Source of the DNA: Octopus sinensis
Taxonomy: Eukaryota
DNA: 64,000 bases
Assembly (NCBI RefSeq): GCF_006345805.1
Contig: NC_043003.1
Span: 86,552,001-86,616,000 of the forward strand
Direction of reading: 5' to 3'
Shown here: one piece after another, positions 52,235-64,000 of the stretch
Position numbering within the stretch: the first letter of the stretch is position 1
How the letters are laid out: the number at the start of each line of letters is the position of its first letter
Program-made: the position numbers and the translations under genes
Notes under the pieces: generated by a model
The model's database searches: none
Told to the model about the DNA's origin: nothing
Seen by the model: only the letters and a program-made list of their open reading frames with translations

Positions 52235-53542
52235 ACACATATATATATATATTTACTATATATACATAGACATACATTCATACATATATAACGTACGCTC
52301 ACTTTTTTCATCTGTGACTACATATATATGTGTGTCTATGCGTTGGTAAATTTGAGTCTGTGCACGTACGTATGTGTGTAGGTAGTCGTATGGCACCCCT
52401 ATTTAATAACCTTAGAAGTCTTTCAACTCTACATGGCAAAAGATAGCATGCATCAGTTTTGCAGTACTTTCTATGTTTATGTGTGTTCAATTTTTTTTGC
52501 GATACCTATTTTTAGCAAGTCTGAGATAAAGTGAATTTACTCAAGAGATAATTCGTAATAAAGTCATTAAAGCTGTCTACAATTTTGTTCCTGTTGCATT
52601 TATACAAATTTAGTCTTTGATATATCTCTGTAACTCGCATACAAATTGAATATCTTTGAAAATACACTGCACCTTTACAATATTGTGAAGTACAAGTTCT
52701 ATGTCTATACATAAAATCGAAAGCAAATTTTCTAATGTCTCTTTTCTTTTTTCCTTAATTTCTCTTCGGTACCTTTAACTTGTGAACGAAACCAGTGTAC
52801 TTAGTAAAGGCATCTTATAATACCACTTTCGTACTTCTTTAAATATAAGCTATTTGTACATACTCAAAATAATTTTTTTAAATATTATTTGACAGCTTGA
52901 GGCTTCTGTCAATAGTCACTTATCAAAGATCATAAAAACATCACCTAGCTGACAGTTTCAAACAGAATAACTGTTTCATGTTTCCTGAAATCTCGAGAGA
53001 TGTATATTGCCAATGTTCAATATATTTAACAGACAGGCGTGAAGCAGATACGTTCTCTGCTGCTGTTTCTGCTATTTTTGTTTCAAACATATTATAGAAT
53101 ATATGTATTGAAATAGATATGATTAGATCACTGTATTCTGCCAATCTGAAGCAAGTATAATGTTGATTTTTGTTAACTATGATACTGGAAAATGGCATAG
53201 AATAGTGCAATCCTATGTTGTATGGAATTATTAATGTGTATTCTAATACTCTACAGAATGATGAATTGATGTTAATCTAATGTTCGTTCTGTCAATGTCC
53301 GAGCGGTAATATGTGGACATTTCGATTCTTATCTTGTATGTTCAAAAGGTCGCGTGCCTCAATAAGATATGTTTGTTATATGAAAATAAATCCGCTTGTA
53401 AGTGGTTCAGAATTGTAACTGTCATCTATTTTCATTTACAGATTACTTTTTGTGGAGCACAAAATTTATATACAACGATTTATATACAACACAGTATGTA
53501 TACTTTTGTGTATATTTTCTGTCATATGTTACTGTATTATAA

Positions 53543-53818
53543 GGCGGTAAACTGGAAGAATCGTTAGCAAGTCGGGCAAAATGTTTAACAACATTTTGTC
53601 GACTTTGCCTTTCATGCTACTAAACGTTTAGCTCAAAGTGTTAATTCTGGTTTCAAACTATGACACAAGGCCATCAGTTTTGTGGGAAGAGTTGAGTCAG
53701 GTACATCGACTACAGTGCTCGACTGGTGCTTATTTTACCGACCCTGCATAGGATGAAAGGCAAAGTCGACCTCAGCGGATTTGAACTTAGAACGTAAAGA
53801 TAACCGAAATGCCACTAT
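53543..53818. mobile_element. Two SINE family B copies tail to tail (+ at 53543-53617, deleted; - at about 53646-53818)
   Basis: GGCGGTAAACTGGAAGAATCGTTAGC head on +; GGATGAAAGGCAAAGTCGACCTCAGCGGATTTGAACT on -. Confidence 0.7.
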
Positions 53819-54815
53819 TAACGTTACAAAATATTAAGATGCCATGTATATTTGTCGCTTATTTCATTTTTCAGTTTTTAGTTCTTAAATAATAATCTTA
53901 TCAGCATAATAAGCCCAAGAAAACACGTTCCGTCATAGCATAACACTATGGGAGAAATTAGTGAACAGTAAACAATAGATATTTAAAGTTATTTGCCTAA
54001 CAATGCTTGAATATTTTATCTACTGAAGAATAATGAAGTTTATGTTCGTCTCACCTCCGGCTATTTTATATATATATTTATTTATTCTGAATTATTCATA
54101 AGAACGTGATGACGATGTGTGCACGTTTCTCAATACAATCAAATTTCATTATCAATTTATAAAATTCTTTAAATTTGATAAAATTTTGATAAAGTAAACT
54201 AGAATGAGGAAATAACTAGAATCAGGAAACATTAATCAATAGCGTAGAGTAATTAGCAAAAAATTTCTACAAATAAACAAACACGTCACAAACACTTAAA
54301 ACAGAAGAAACTAAAGAAACTACCCGTAAAGCTAATTTCACTTTCACTTAAATAGACACATAATTTTAAATAGTTAAGAACCAAAAATACTGCAAACAAA
54401 TAAATATATAGCAAATATATACACATTAACATTAAAATCATAATAGTGACTCACAGTAAGTAATAGTTTTATGATCAGTTCGGTAGAGACAAGGCTTGAG
54501 TCTTATCATTGGAATACATGTGTGTGTGTGCGTATGTTGGTGTGGGTGTGAAATGTAGAATGAGGGATTGCAGGTTGGAAAATAGCTACTACATTAGCCA
54601 TCCATATCATTATGTATATGCAATATGTGTCCCTAAATTCGCAGTTGTAGATATTCACGTAAACAAACTAAATCGAATTAGCTTCAGTAAACGTTAAAAC
54701 AATCTTTTGAATTAGTAAGTGGTAAAGAAAAATCAAATAACTCCCTGAGGAGAAATGCAAATACAAACTTACTCTAAATAAACAGACGAATAAATAAATA
54801 AAAAAATTACAAATA

Positions 54816-55224
54816 GGCGCAGGAGTGGCTGTGTGGTAAGTAGCTTGCTAATCAACCACATGGTTCCGGATTCAATCCCACTGCGTGGCATCTTGGGCAA
54901 GTGTCTTCTGCTATAGTCTCGGGCCGACCAATGCCTTGTGAGTGGATTTGGTAGACGGAAACTGAAAGAAGCCTGTCGTATATATGTATGTATATATATA
55001 TATGTGTGTGTGTGTTTGTGTGTCTGTGTTTGTTCCCCTAGCATTGCTTGACAGCCGATGCTGTGTTTACGTCCCGTAACTTAGCGGTTCGGCAAAAAGA
55101 GACCGATAGAATAAGTACTGGGGTTACAAAAAGAATAAGTCCCGGGGTCGAGTTGCTCGACTAAAGGCGGTGCTCCAGCATGGCTGCAGTCAAATGACTG
55201 AAACAAGTAAAATAGTAAAAAGAG
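54816..55224 (+). mobile_element. SINE family A, full length
   Basis: GGCGCAGGAGTGGCTGTGTGGTAAG head, GGATTCAATCCC B-box, GACTGAAACAAGTAAAA tail. Confidence 0.92.
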
Positions 55225-55570
55225 AGAGTCATATTCGAACTAATTAACACCATACAAACACTAACCATATTTAAATGGTAGTTACATTCAAATTCCGTTG
55301 AAGTCGACTTTCATCTTTTGGTGGGTTATAAGATAAGTACCAGTAGAGCACTGGAGTCGATGTAATCGAATTACTCACTCTCCTAAAATTGCCGGTTTTG
55401 TGCAAAATTTTGAAATAATATTCAAATAACAGTTTTGATATATGTAACGAAAAACATTCAGTTAACAGAAATCACTATAAAGCATACACATTAACGATTA
55501 GCCACTTCTCCATTGTTTATAGTATAACCACTAATACTGCATATCATGTAATTAAGGGACTCTGTTAAGT

Positions 55571-55958
55571 GTTCTGGAAGCACTCCGTCGGTTACGACGA
55601 CGAGGGTTCCGGTTGATCCGAATCAACGGAACAACCTGCTCGTGAAATTAACGTGTAAGTGGCTGAGCACTCCACAGACACGTGTACCCTTAACGTAGTT
55701 CTCGGGGATACTCAGCGTGACACAAAGAGTGACAAGGCCGGCCCTTAGAAATACAGGTACTACAGAAACAGGAAGTAAGAGTGAGAGAAAGTTGTGGTGA
55801 AAGAGTACAGCAGGGATCATCACCATCCCCTGCCGGAGTCTCGTGGAGCTTTAGGTGTTTTCGCTCAATAAACACTCACAACGCCCGGTCTGGGAATCGA
55901 AACCGCGATCCTATGGCCCGAGTCCGCTGTCCTAACCACTGGGCCATTGCGCCTCCAC
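55571..55958 (-). mobile_element. tRNA-headed SINE family C, full length
   Basis: Reverse-complement head GTGGAGGCGCAATGGCCCAGTGGTTAGG (A-box)...GGTTTCGATTCCC (B-box). Confidence 0.9.
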
Positions 55959-56224
55959 TAAGTGTTCTACAGTCACACTCGACTGAGTCATAAAATCAAT
56001 TACCAAAAGGAGCTCTATTAAATCAAGAAACAAGGCCCTGATAAAATTTTATGTATTCATCTAAATTGTTTAGGAACGAATCTTTATTCCCACATCAGGA
56101 TAAGGGCGTAGACATCCAAACGAAAGACAAAAAAATATCCGTGAATTCTAAATGAAAATATATTCTAAGTATTTTTGTGACAGCGCATGTGTTCACTGGA
56201 AATAATATCTTCATCAACAACAAT

Positions 56225-56945
56225 AATTCCAAATTTGGGCACAAAGCTAGCAATATTGAAGGTAGGGAGCATATGGATTACGCCGACCGTAATTATCTTT
56301 TATCGGACCTCTAAATGAAAAGAGGTAAAGTTGACCTCTACAAAGTTTGAACATATAACATGAAGAACTGCAATTAAGTACCGTAAAGTATTTCTCCCAA
56401 TCCATCAGCTTTCAGAATAATTTCTAATTTATGTAAAGAATCACAAATTTGTTGGAAGGCATTAGGTAGTTAAATCGATTCCAGTATTTGACCAAACTTT
56501 CATTCTCCAGGGCGGATGAAAAAGAAAGCTGACCGCGGCTGATTTGAACTCAGTACATAAAGAGTTTAAATAAATACTGCAAGGTAGTTTGTCCTGATTC
56601 TGTTTGATCATCGTCATCGATTGATTGTAGTGCTTCAGCAGCCATATGAATGGCTAGGCTGAGCAACTCAAAAGAAAGGGTTTCTTTTTTCTACCTATTT
56701 TGCCAGTAGTTATATACCTTTCTCAGAAGTTAAGTTATACAAGTCTCAGTTCAAGTCGTAAACGAAAACAATAATTCTTTGTAATTTTGTTAGGTTTACA
56801 GTTTTAGTGGTAGAACATTAATCCATTACATTGCCCGTTCAGTACTTGACTACTTACTTTATTTTATTGACCCCGCGGCGGAATTTGTGTTCAGAACGTA
56901 ATGAGTTGGAAGAAATGAGTCGAAAGAAAATGTTTTTTCAGGTCA
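56225..56945 (-). mobile_element. Cluster of about three old SINE family B remnants
   Basis: CCAAATTTGGGCACAAAGC, GCTGACCGCGGCTGATTTGAACTCAG and TGACCCCGCGGCGGAATTTGTGTTCAGAACGTAA. Confidence 0.5.
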
Positions 56946-57459
56946 AGGGTTTTCAGAAATTGTCTACAGAGCATAGAAGTGACTACTCAAATTGTTCTCG
57001 TCCATACCTAAAATCGATCCCTTGTCATCATTATTTTTTTCCTCCATCAACTCTCTATAGAGAGCGCGAGTTGACAACAATAACTATGATCATTAAATAA
57101 AATATATGATATACATCTATATCCCACATTTGGCTTAATATAAGCAAATTGAATATTTGCTGAAATAATAATTTAGAAGCATATTAAAACTCCCCAATCG
57201 CAAATTTAATTTAGTTAATTTTAAACTAGATAAATCAATTTCGGTATAACAGCCTTAGCTGACGTCAATCACTTTGAACCAACAGCTAATCTCTACGGAG
57301 TCACTTGACCTTTTAGAAACCAAATCATTCTAGATCACATCCTATCGTCTTTAAAAATTAAATATATTTGATAATGTTGTTCATGCATTTTAAAATTTTT
57401 GAGTCCATTTCAACCATTACATACAGTGGCATTCTAGAGTTCTGCTATCAATGTGTATG

Positions 57460-57720
57460 TGTGTATGTGTTTCATTGGCTAATATATTTATCCGTATACA
57501 ACAATACAAAATCTGTGTGTACCGTTGGCGATTTTTTTCCTCCGTCTTACCTTCTCTGGATCTTTCCTTTTCCTATGTTTCTGACGAAGAGCTCCGCTCG
57601 AAATGTAAAACCCTCCTTCTTCCCTTCCTTCCTGAGCGTCCAATAACACTATACTTGTTCCACGTCCTCGCATTGTTGTATTTTCTCTTGGTGTTTTCAT
57701 GTTTGGATTAACTATATATA
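57460..57720 (+). mobile_element. Short PLE-type repeat (about 260 bp) carrying a minimal HHR
   Basis: Contains the HHR at 57577-57611, then GAGCGTCCAATAACACTATACTTGTT, similar to the element at 7641-7800. Confidence 0.55.
57577..57611 (+). ncRNA. Minimal type I hammerhead motif
   Basis: GTTT-CTGACGA-A-GAGC-TCC-GCTC-GAAAT-GTA-AAAC; canonical core, 4-bp stems I and II, loopless stem III. Confidence 0.65.
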
Positions 57721-58611
57721 TATACATGTATATGTGCTATTCCTGAAAACATGATTGACTGGCCACAGCTGAAATTATAGTTCTGTTCACTGAGGGCGGA
57801 TCTAATACTAAACAATTCCACCAGCAACAACAACTTTATCATTAAATAAACTTTCAAGTGATTCTAAAGGATTTGTTTTTAAATTCATCTTGCAATTTTA
57901 TGGAACGAAAGTCGCAAACATTCTGATTGCTTATGAAAGGAGATCACATCATGTGAATCGGTTGCTAGAATAAAACTGATTTGCATACCTTAGAAATCAA
58001 CTTTATTATATTCGCCTGTATTTAACTTTGAGGTTGAATTGTTATAACTTGACGAAGAACATTATTTTATATCTAAAATCTTGGTCATTGACACTATTGT
58101 GCTGACATGAATGCATTGGATATGTGTCAATAGAAATAATTACATGAGTGTTGAAAATAGCTATCATGACTCTTTCGCGAGGTAATTGTATCAATTTCAA
58201 CGTATGGATTTACAGCAATCCATCTGCCAAACAAGTTCAACTATTCTCATCTACTTATCTTTGTTACTCTTTGTCAAGACTAGCGTGTGAAGTATTACAT
58301 TACAAGGTATTATCACTGCGCTAGATGTACACATGTAAATCTTGCTACGCTTACAATAGATTGCTTACAAAATTCTAATTATCCTAAATGTTGTATTCTA
58401 AAATATCCAGCATACAATTTTTCCAAGAATCCCTAATGTTTTGAAAATTACGTTCAATATATACCGTTTCTCGAAATGACGCCGTTGGAAATTAACCGAA
58501 AAATACTGGAGAAAATGCTTAGCGTTACGCAGTTTCATAGCTCTTCGTTCTAACTTGGAATCCTGCCATAGCAAAGCTCGCTCACATGTAGATGACGATA
58601 AGTAACCATAA

Positions 58612-58657
<46 letters not shown>

Positions 58658-59486
58658 GTAAATGTATGTGTATTTGTGTGTGTGTACCTATACTATTTGC
58701 TTTTAAAACTACCAAAGAAAATGCTCGTTTCGCAATCACATAGTACCGGGTTCCTATCCCAGTGCGTGGCCGTTTGAACAAATATTTTCTCTCATAGTTT
58801 TGGGTGCACCAAAATCTTTTGAATAAAAATGTGGAAAATATAAACTAAATTGAAACAACAGACACATACAAATACGTGCGCGCGCACATACACATACACA
58901 CAATCAAATACAAATCAAGATGGAGAGGTTCCAAGATGGCGTCTAGATATGGGACTGCTATTGGTCAACGCGAGACACATGGGGTTACTGTTATAGTATT
59001 AATGGCTGAAACGGACTTATTGAACATAAATGAACGTTATTGAATATATTCTTTATGTTTATGTTTGAGTAAAAGCTTGGCTTTACAAATCGTGAGGACC
59101 TAGAGTCGACACTACTGCTTGGCATCTAAGCTATATTTTCATTTTTCAGAACTTGAGGTCAAGCAAAAACTTTGTCGGGTGAAACTGGGTAGACGGGATC
59201 TGCATAAAAGCTAACCTACAGGATAGATTGTACATGTAATTCAAGGATTTAGCTCTCTTGTTCTGTGCAGCATGAGAATTACCTTAAAACTACAGGCCAC
59301 TATTGAACCCTGCGCCACCTCAAATACTAATTTAAAGGGTAGGACGTTATATGCACATGGATCAAAAGTGACCTGTGTGCATATGCATGCACGCATATTA
59401 ATGGTAGCTCTTGTAAATGCATTTAATTACAATACTGGTTTATATAACATTTATGATATATATACAAAAATACAACAGTACTTATA

Positions 59487-59649
59487 GGCGCAGAAGTGGC
59501 TGTGTGGCAAGTAGCTTGCTTACCAACCACATGGTTCCAAGTTCAGTCCCACTGCGTGTCATCTTGGGCAAGTGTCTTCTACTATAGCCTCGGGCCGACC
59601 AACGCCTTGTGAGTGGATTTGGTAGACGGAAACTGAAAAAAGCCCATCG

Positions 59650-59726
<77 letters not shown>

Positions 59727-59950
59727 TTGTGTGTCTTTGATTGCCCCCCCCCCCACACACACACACGTTGCTTGACAACCGATGCTGGTGTGTTTACGTC
59801 CCCGTAATTTAGCGGTTCAGCAAAAGATACCGATAGAATAAGTGCTAGTCTTACAAAGAATAAGTTCTGGGGTCGATTTGCTCGACTAAAGGCGGTGCTC
59901 CAGCATGGCCGCAGTCAAATGACTGAAACAAATAAAAGAGTAAAAGAGTA
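59487..59950 (+). mobile_element. SINE family A, full length
   Basis: GGCGCAGAAGTGGCTGTGTGGCAAG head, AGTTCAGTCCC B-box, internal (TA)n, GACTGAAACAAATAAAAGAG tail. Confidence 0.92.
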
Positions 59951-61740
59951 CTAGCTGTATTATTTTGTCTCAGAAAAAAATTCTCAATGAGTGTTGTGTG
60001 TTGAAAAGACTGGGCTTTATCATGGTGTTAGTGGATTGTTAGAGACAATATTTCTGTCCCATTTGGTCTTTTTGGTAATGAATACTACTGGAATGAACCG
60101 AAAATTATTCGTTCCGATGTAGAGATTGGTAAACAAAATAAGTATTCATTGATTTCAGGTAAAATTGGAGGATTCGACAACTATCATTTGATAAATAAAT
60201 GCTAGACTGAAATCAATATTAATTTTGATATTAATGTACTCTTGCATGTCCACAGTCCAATGATTGAAACCAGTAAAAGGAACGTAAAAGACAATTTTAG
60301 AACACTGATGCTGACTCTTGGTAATTTAAATGTAATATCCCCAATATTAGTAAATATTTATACTTTTTCTTTTTATGTCAACCACTAAATAGTTGTGATA
60401 TTGAGTGGTTACAAACTCAGTATGCGATTAAATAGAATGGCTAGACTTCTAATGTAATATCCTATCATCTAAAGATAGACTGTCTCTAGTTTATATCATC
60501 TACTCCACTGTTCAAACATTCATACACCTCACAATGTCACTGCTATTTTATCCGAATCTTGACCTCCGTCCGAACTCGGATACCTTAGAAATCCAAGTCT
60601 TCTGTAAATCTATTCAACTTCTTCATAAGACTTCGGTAAATTTTGAAATTATTTTGCAGGAAATTTTCTTTATATTTCTATTTACGTTTTGTTTCTAATT
60701 TGACAACTTATTTCGACGAAATAATTACTCGTGCTGAATAAGATAAGAGAAGAGTGTTTATCATATATTTGTACTGTGAATGTTTCAATTGCCTCTTCGA
60801 AACACATTTATGTAACTTTCTAGTTGTTTTCAGTTCTTCACGCGAAATGAGTGATGCCAATCTTGAAAATATTACAGACAACTTACAATATTTTCGTGTC
60901 TTTAGTATATTATATAAATAACTCTGCATTGCGGAAACTTGGATTACTAAATTATGTACTTATTGAAAATAAACTATAAAGCATCACGACTAACTTGGGA
61001 ATATGGTCTACAATTCTACATTTACCGAAGTTCGAGAACAAATTTAAAACGTAAAATCAACATTCGACACTTTGTCAAATCTCACCAATACCTATGAATT
61101 CTTTTATCGATCCTTCGCCTTGTTTGTGCACGCTACACTTCAACTGATTAAGATCTGCCTAGTAACTTCATCCAAACATTACTTGCATTTCACTCGTACT
61201 AATTTTTCCTTTCCCGAGTTTCAACTATTCTCTTGTGTGGTGTGGTTTTCTTGTCAACCGTTGAATGTAACTACTAAAATCGGAGGTATAATACATTGCT
61301 TCTGTTCAAAATGCATGGAAATCAAATGGAAGTGAAGGGAATAGTACTTTTTTTCTTTTACTAGTATGAAAAGGAGTGAAGTCATAAACGGATTACAGAG
61401 AATGTTAAACTTGACGTTCTACAAAGATTTGACTACATTAAATAGTTTGGGAAAGTGTCGAAATTGTGATGATATTTGGTTGGCATCTGATGCGGGTTTG
61501 AGCGTATTTCTTTCGGCTGGATTCTGTTTATACTATACATACATACATGCAGACATGTATATGCGCACATGTATATATTAATATATACATGTTAAATACA
61601 TACAGGCGCGGGTGTACCTTCACGCTTGTATGTATGTATGTATATATATATATACACACATACAGGGATAAAAATTATTAAATAATTTATACCAGTGGTT
61701 AGCATGCATAATAAAAATCAGAAGACACAAATATTTTAAA

Positions 61741-62197
61741 ATATAATAGTGTATGAAATATAAATGGTGAGAAAACTACCATGTGGATTTCTTACATGCT
61801 AAAAATGGCAGTCAAAGCCCAAACCCACGAACAAACATTCTTACATTAAAACACGTTGCTTGTACGCGAGCAAGACATTTGAGTGAATAAAAATTTCAGT
61901 TACTTAATAGAGTAATTAGTCATCCATAGCTCGTCAATAAGATCGCCGGAAAATGTATAAATATGAGACTATAATACGTACCGAAAGCACAAAGTGAACA
62001 CATGCGCATTCAGTTTCATCTTTATACATCAAGAATTCAAATCGAATACCCTCAAGCAACGTGCCAAGCCAGAGTAGTATAGCAGTGAATAAGATCAAAT
62101 GTATACTATGTTCTTCCTGGTTTGGGTCTTTGACTGCCATTTTTAGCATGTAAGGAATCCACATGGTGATTTTCTTTCCGTGTATATTTCATACACT

Positions 62198-62204
<7 letters not shown>
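61741..62204. mobile_element. MITE-like element (about 460 bp) with inverted arms of about 95 bp
   Basis: ATATAATAGTGTATGAAATATA and CCATGTGGATT(T/C)CTTACATGCTAAAAATGGCAGTCAAAG are mirrored at about 62107-62204. Confidence 0.8.
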
Positions 62205-62334
<130 letters not shown>

Positions 62335-64000
62335 TAGTAAATTTCTATTGTTATTACTTCGTTTCATTCCTTCATTTTGGATATCTCAAGCTACTTCCAT
62401 ATTCTATCAACTTCTCTAAAATCTTCTATAACATTAGTTTCAAAAGTATTAGGAGAACACTGAGTAGATTAAAGAACTTTTGTGTCAATCAAATAATATC
62501 ACTAAATAAGGTCTGAATTGATTTAAATTGCTATACAGAGTAAAATGTTTATAGTATCTAGAAATGATATTGGTTCGTGTGAAACTCGGTAGAAGAATCT
62601 GTCAGTGATTAAATGTGAACTAAGCGGATTAACATTCACAATAATATCTATACTGTCACAGAGTATCTGTAGAAGGGGAGAAATTGTAAGCAGTTATTGG
62701 ATAAATAATTGAAAAATCTGTTTCCGAATTGGGCTCTAAATATCATTAACTGTGAATCTCGGTGTGACGAAAAGAAGTAATGTTTTGCGCGTAGCAACTT
62801 TGTGATTCTAAATTGTTCATACGTCCTGCGAATGAAAACATTGCAGCTGAGCTTCGGGGAGGTGCTGGTAGAGCCAAAGCAAAAGTAGGGAGATATACTG
62901 AATATAATAAATATAAAAACAAATCATAAAGAAAAATATATATAAATGGATTTTGTATGTTATCCAAAAGATGGGAGTATTGTGATATTAATGGTGTCGT
63001 GATCAACTGATAAAGATGTGGGTGTATGTGTGCGCGCGTGTATATGTGTAGAAAAATATCATGTGTGTATATGCATACACTCGTTTGTGTGTGTGTGTGT
63101 GTGGCGATACGAAAAAAATATTGGGGCTATGATAACTTATATGTATATTATTATGTGATTGATCAACTCTAGAAAATGAAAGATTCCGCAACATATTTTT
63201 TCTATTAACCAAAAAATCTTGGGTGAAGTGAATCAAAGAAAAATCAAATTAGCAAGATGATGCATACGAAAATGAGAAACTCAAGCTTTTAGGCTTAAAT
63301 ATAAACTTATATGGACTCGTGAATGTTAATACAAGCACACACACACACGTATCCACCTTTACAGAGATACACAGCGAGTAAGAAGAAAGTAGGCAAAGAA
63401 CAATAGATATGTTCCTTATGTAAGCCATTCATTTCTCACATCGATCCAACACAAAACTTCGAGTAGGAATTGATGCAGAGAATATACAACGCTCCTTTAT
63501 AAGAAAAGTAAACTTGTCAAAGTTGGTTATCAATGCAATGTATCTGATTTTGTTCGCAGGAACTACCATCTCATCCAATATATGATTTCTTACTTAAACA
63601 ATCAATTACTATGAATCTGTTCGAGGGGAAGTAGCAATCGATTAAAATCGATTCCAGTTACTTGAGTGCTACTTGTTTCATCGATAAAGCAAAGTCAACT
63701 CCGATGGAAAATACTGAAAGTAAAGATAATTATATACCATGGAGTACTTTCTCTGTCGTTTAACAAGTCTGTCACCTACTTATCCCTATATCGCATTTAA
63801 AATACAAAATGTCGAAAGCAAGACAAAAGAAACAATATTGCAAGATGGTCATTTTAAATGCACCTTTAAATTGTTGAAAAAAGGTACATTTAGTAGCTGA
63901 TATGTAGAACCCCACAACATATACGCCAGTGTTCTGCTACTTTTTTTATCGACCCTGCAATATAAAACAAAATTGACTCTTGAATAATTTAATGTGTATG

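Noticed and set aside
55880-55958. tRNA-like sequences with A and B boxes, here and at the other SINE heads
   Set aside because: They continue into conserved SINE bodies and lack a complete cloverleaf with a paired acceptor stem
58930-58950. CAAGATGGCG, a YY1-like motif
   Set aside because: A single short motif with no CpG-rich promoter context; the same 10-mer occurs inside a SINE at about 50108

Overview
AT-rich, microsatellite-dense animal genomic DNA with no host gene that I can recognise; it reads as intergenic or large-intron sequence. The SINE families and microsatellite load resemble octopus (cephalopod) DNA, which is an inference from remembered repeat sequences, not a search result. 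The window is mostly transposon-derived. It holds three tRNA-headed SINE families, three decayed RLE-type (R4/Dong-like) LINE pieces, five Tc1/mariner remnants (one with DD36E spacing), a hAT MITE with an 8-bp TSD, a short Helitron-type element and several fold-back palindromes. Three Penelope-like elements (PLEs) are present. The standout is a minus-strand PLE at about 42921-46146 with an uninterrupted 822-codon RT + GIY-YIG frame, a long Asn-rich linker, and a well-formed hammerhead ribozyme (HHR) in its 3' UTR. At least five other HHR motifs, from about four short repeat families, are scattered through the window. They include a full-length type I HHR with a U4C core at 8404-8466. Most of the supplied ORFs are microsatellite read-through. 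Coordinates were counted by hand, and the ends of decayed repeats are approximate.
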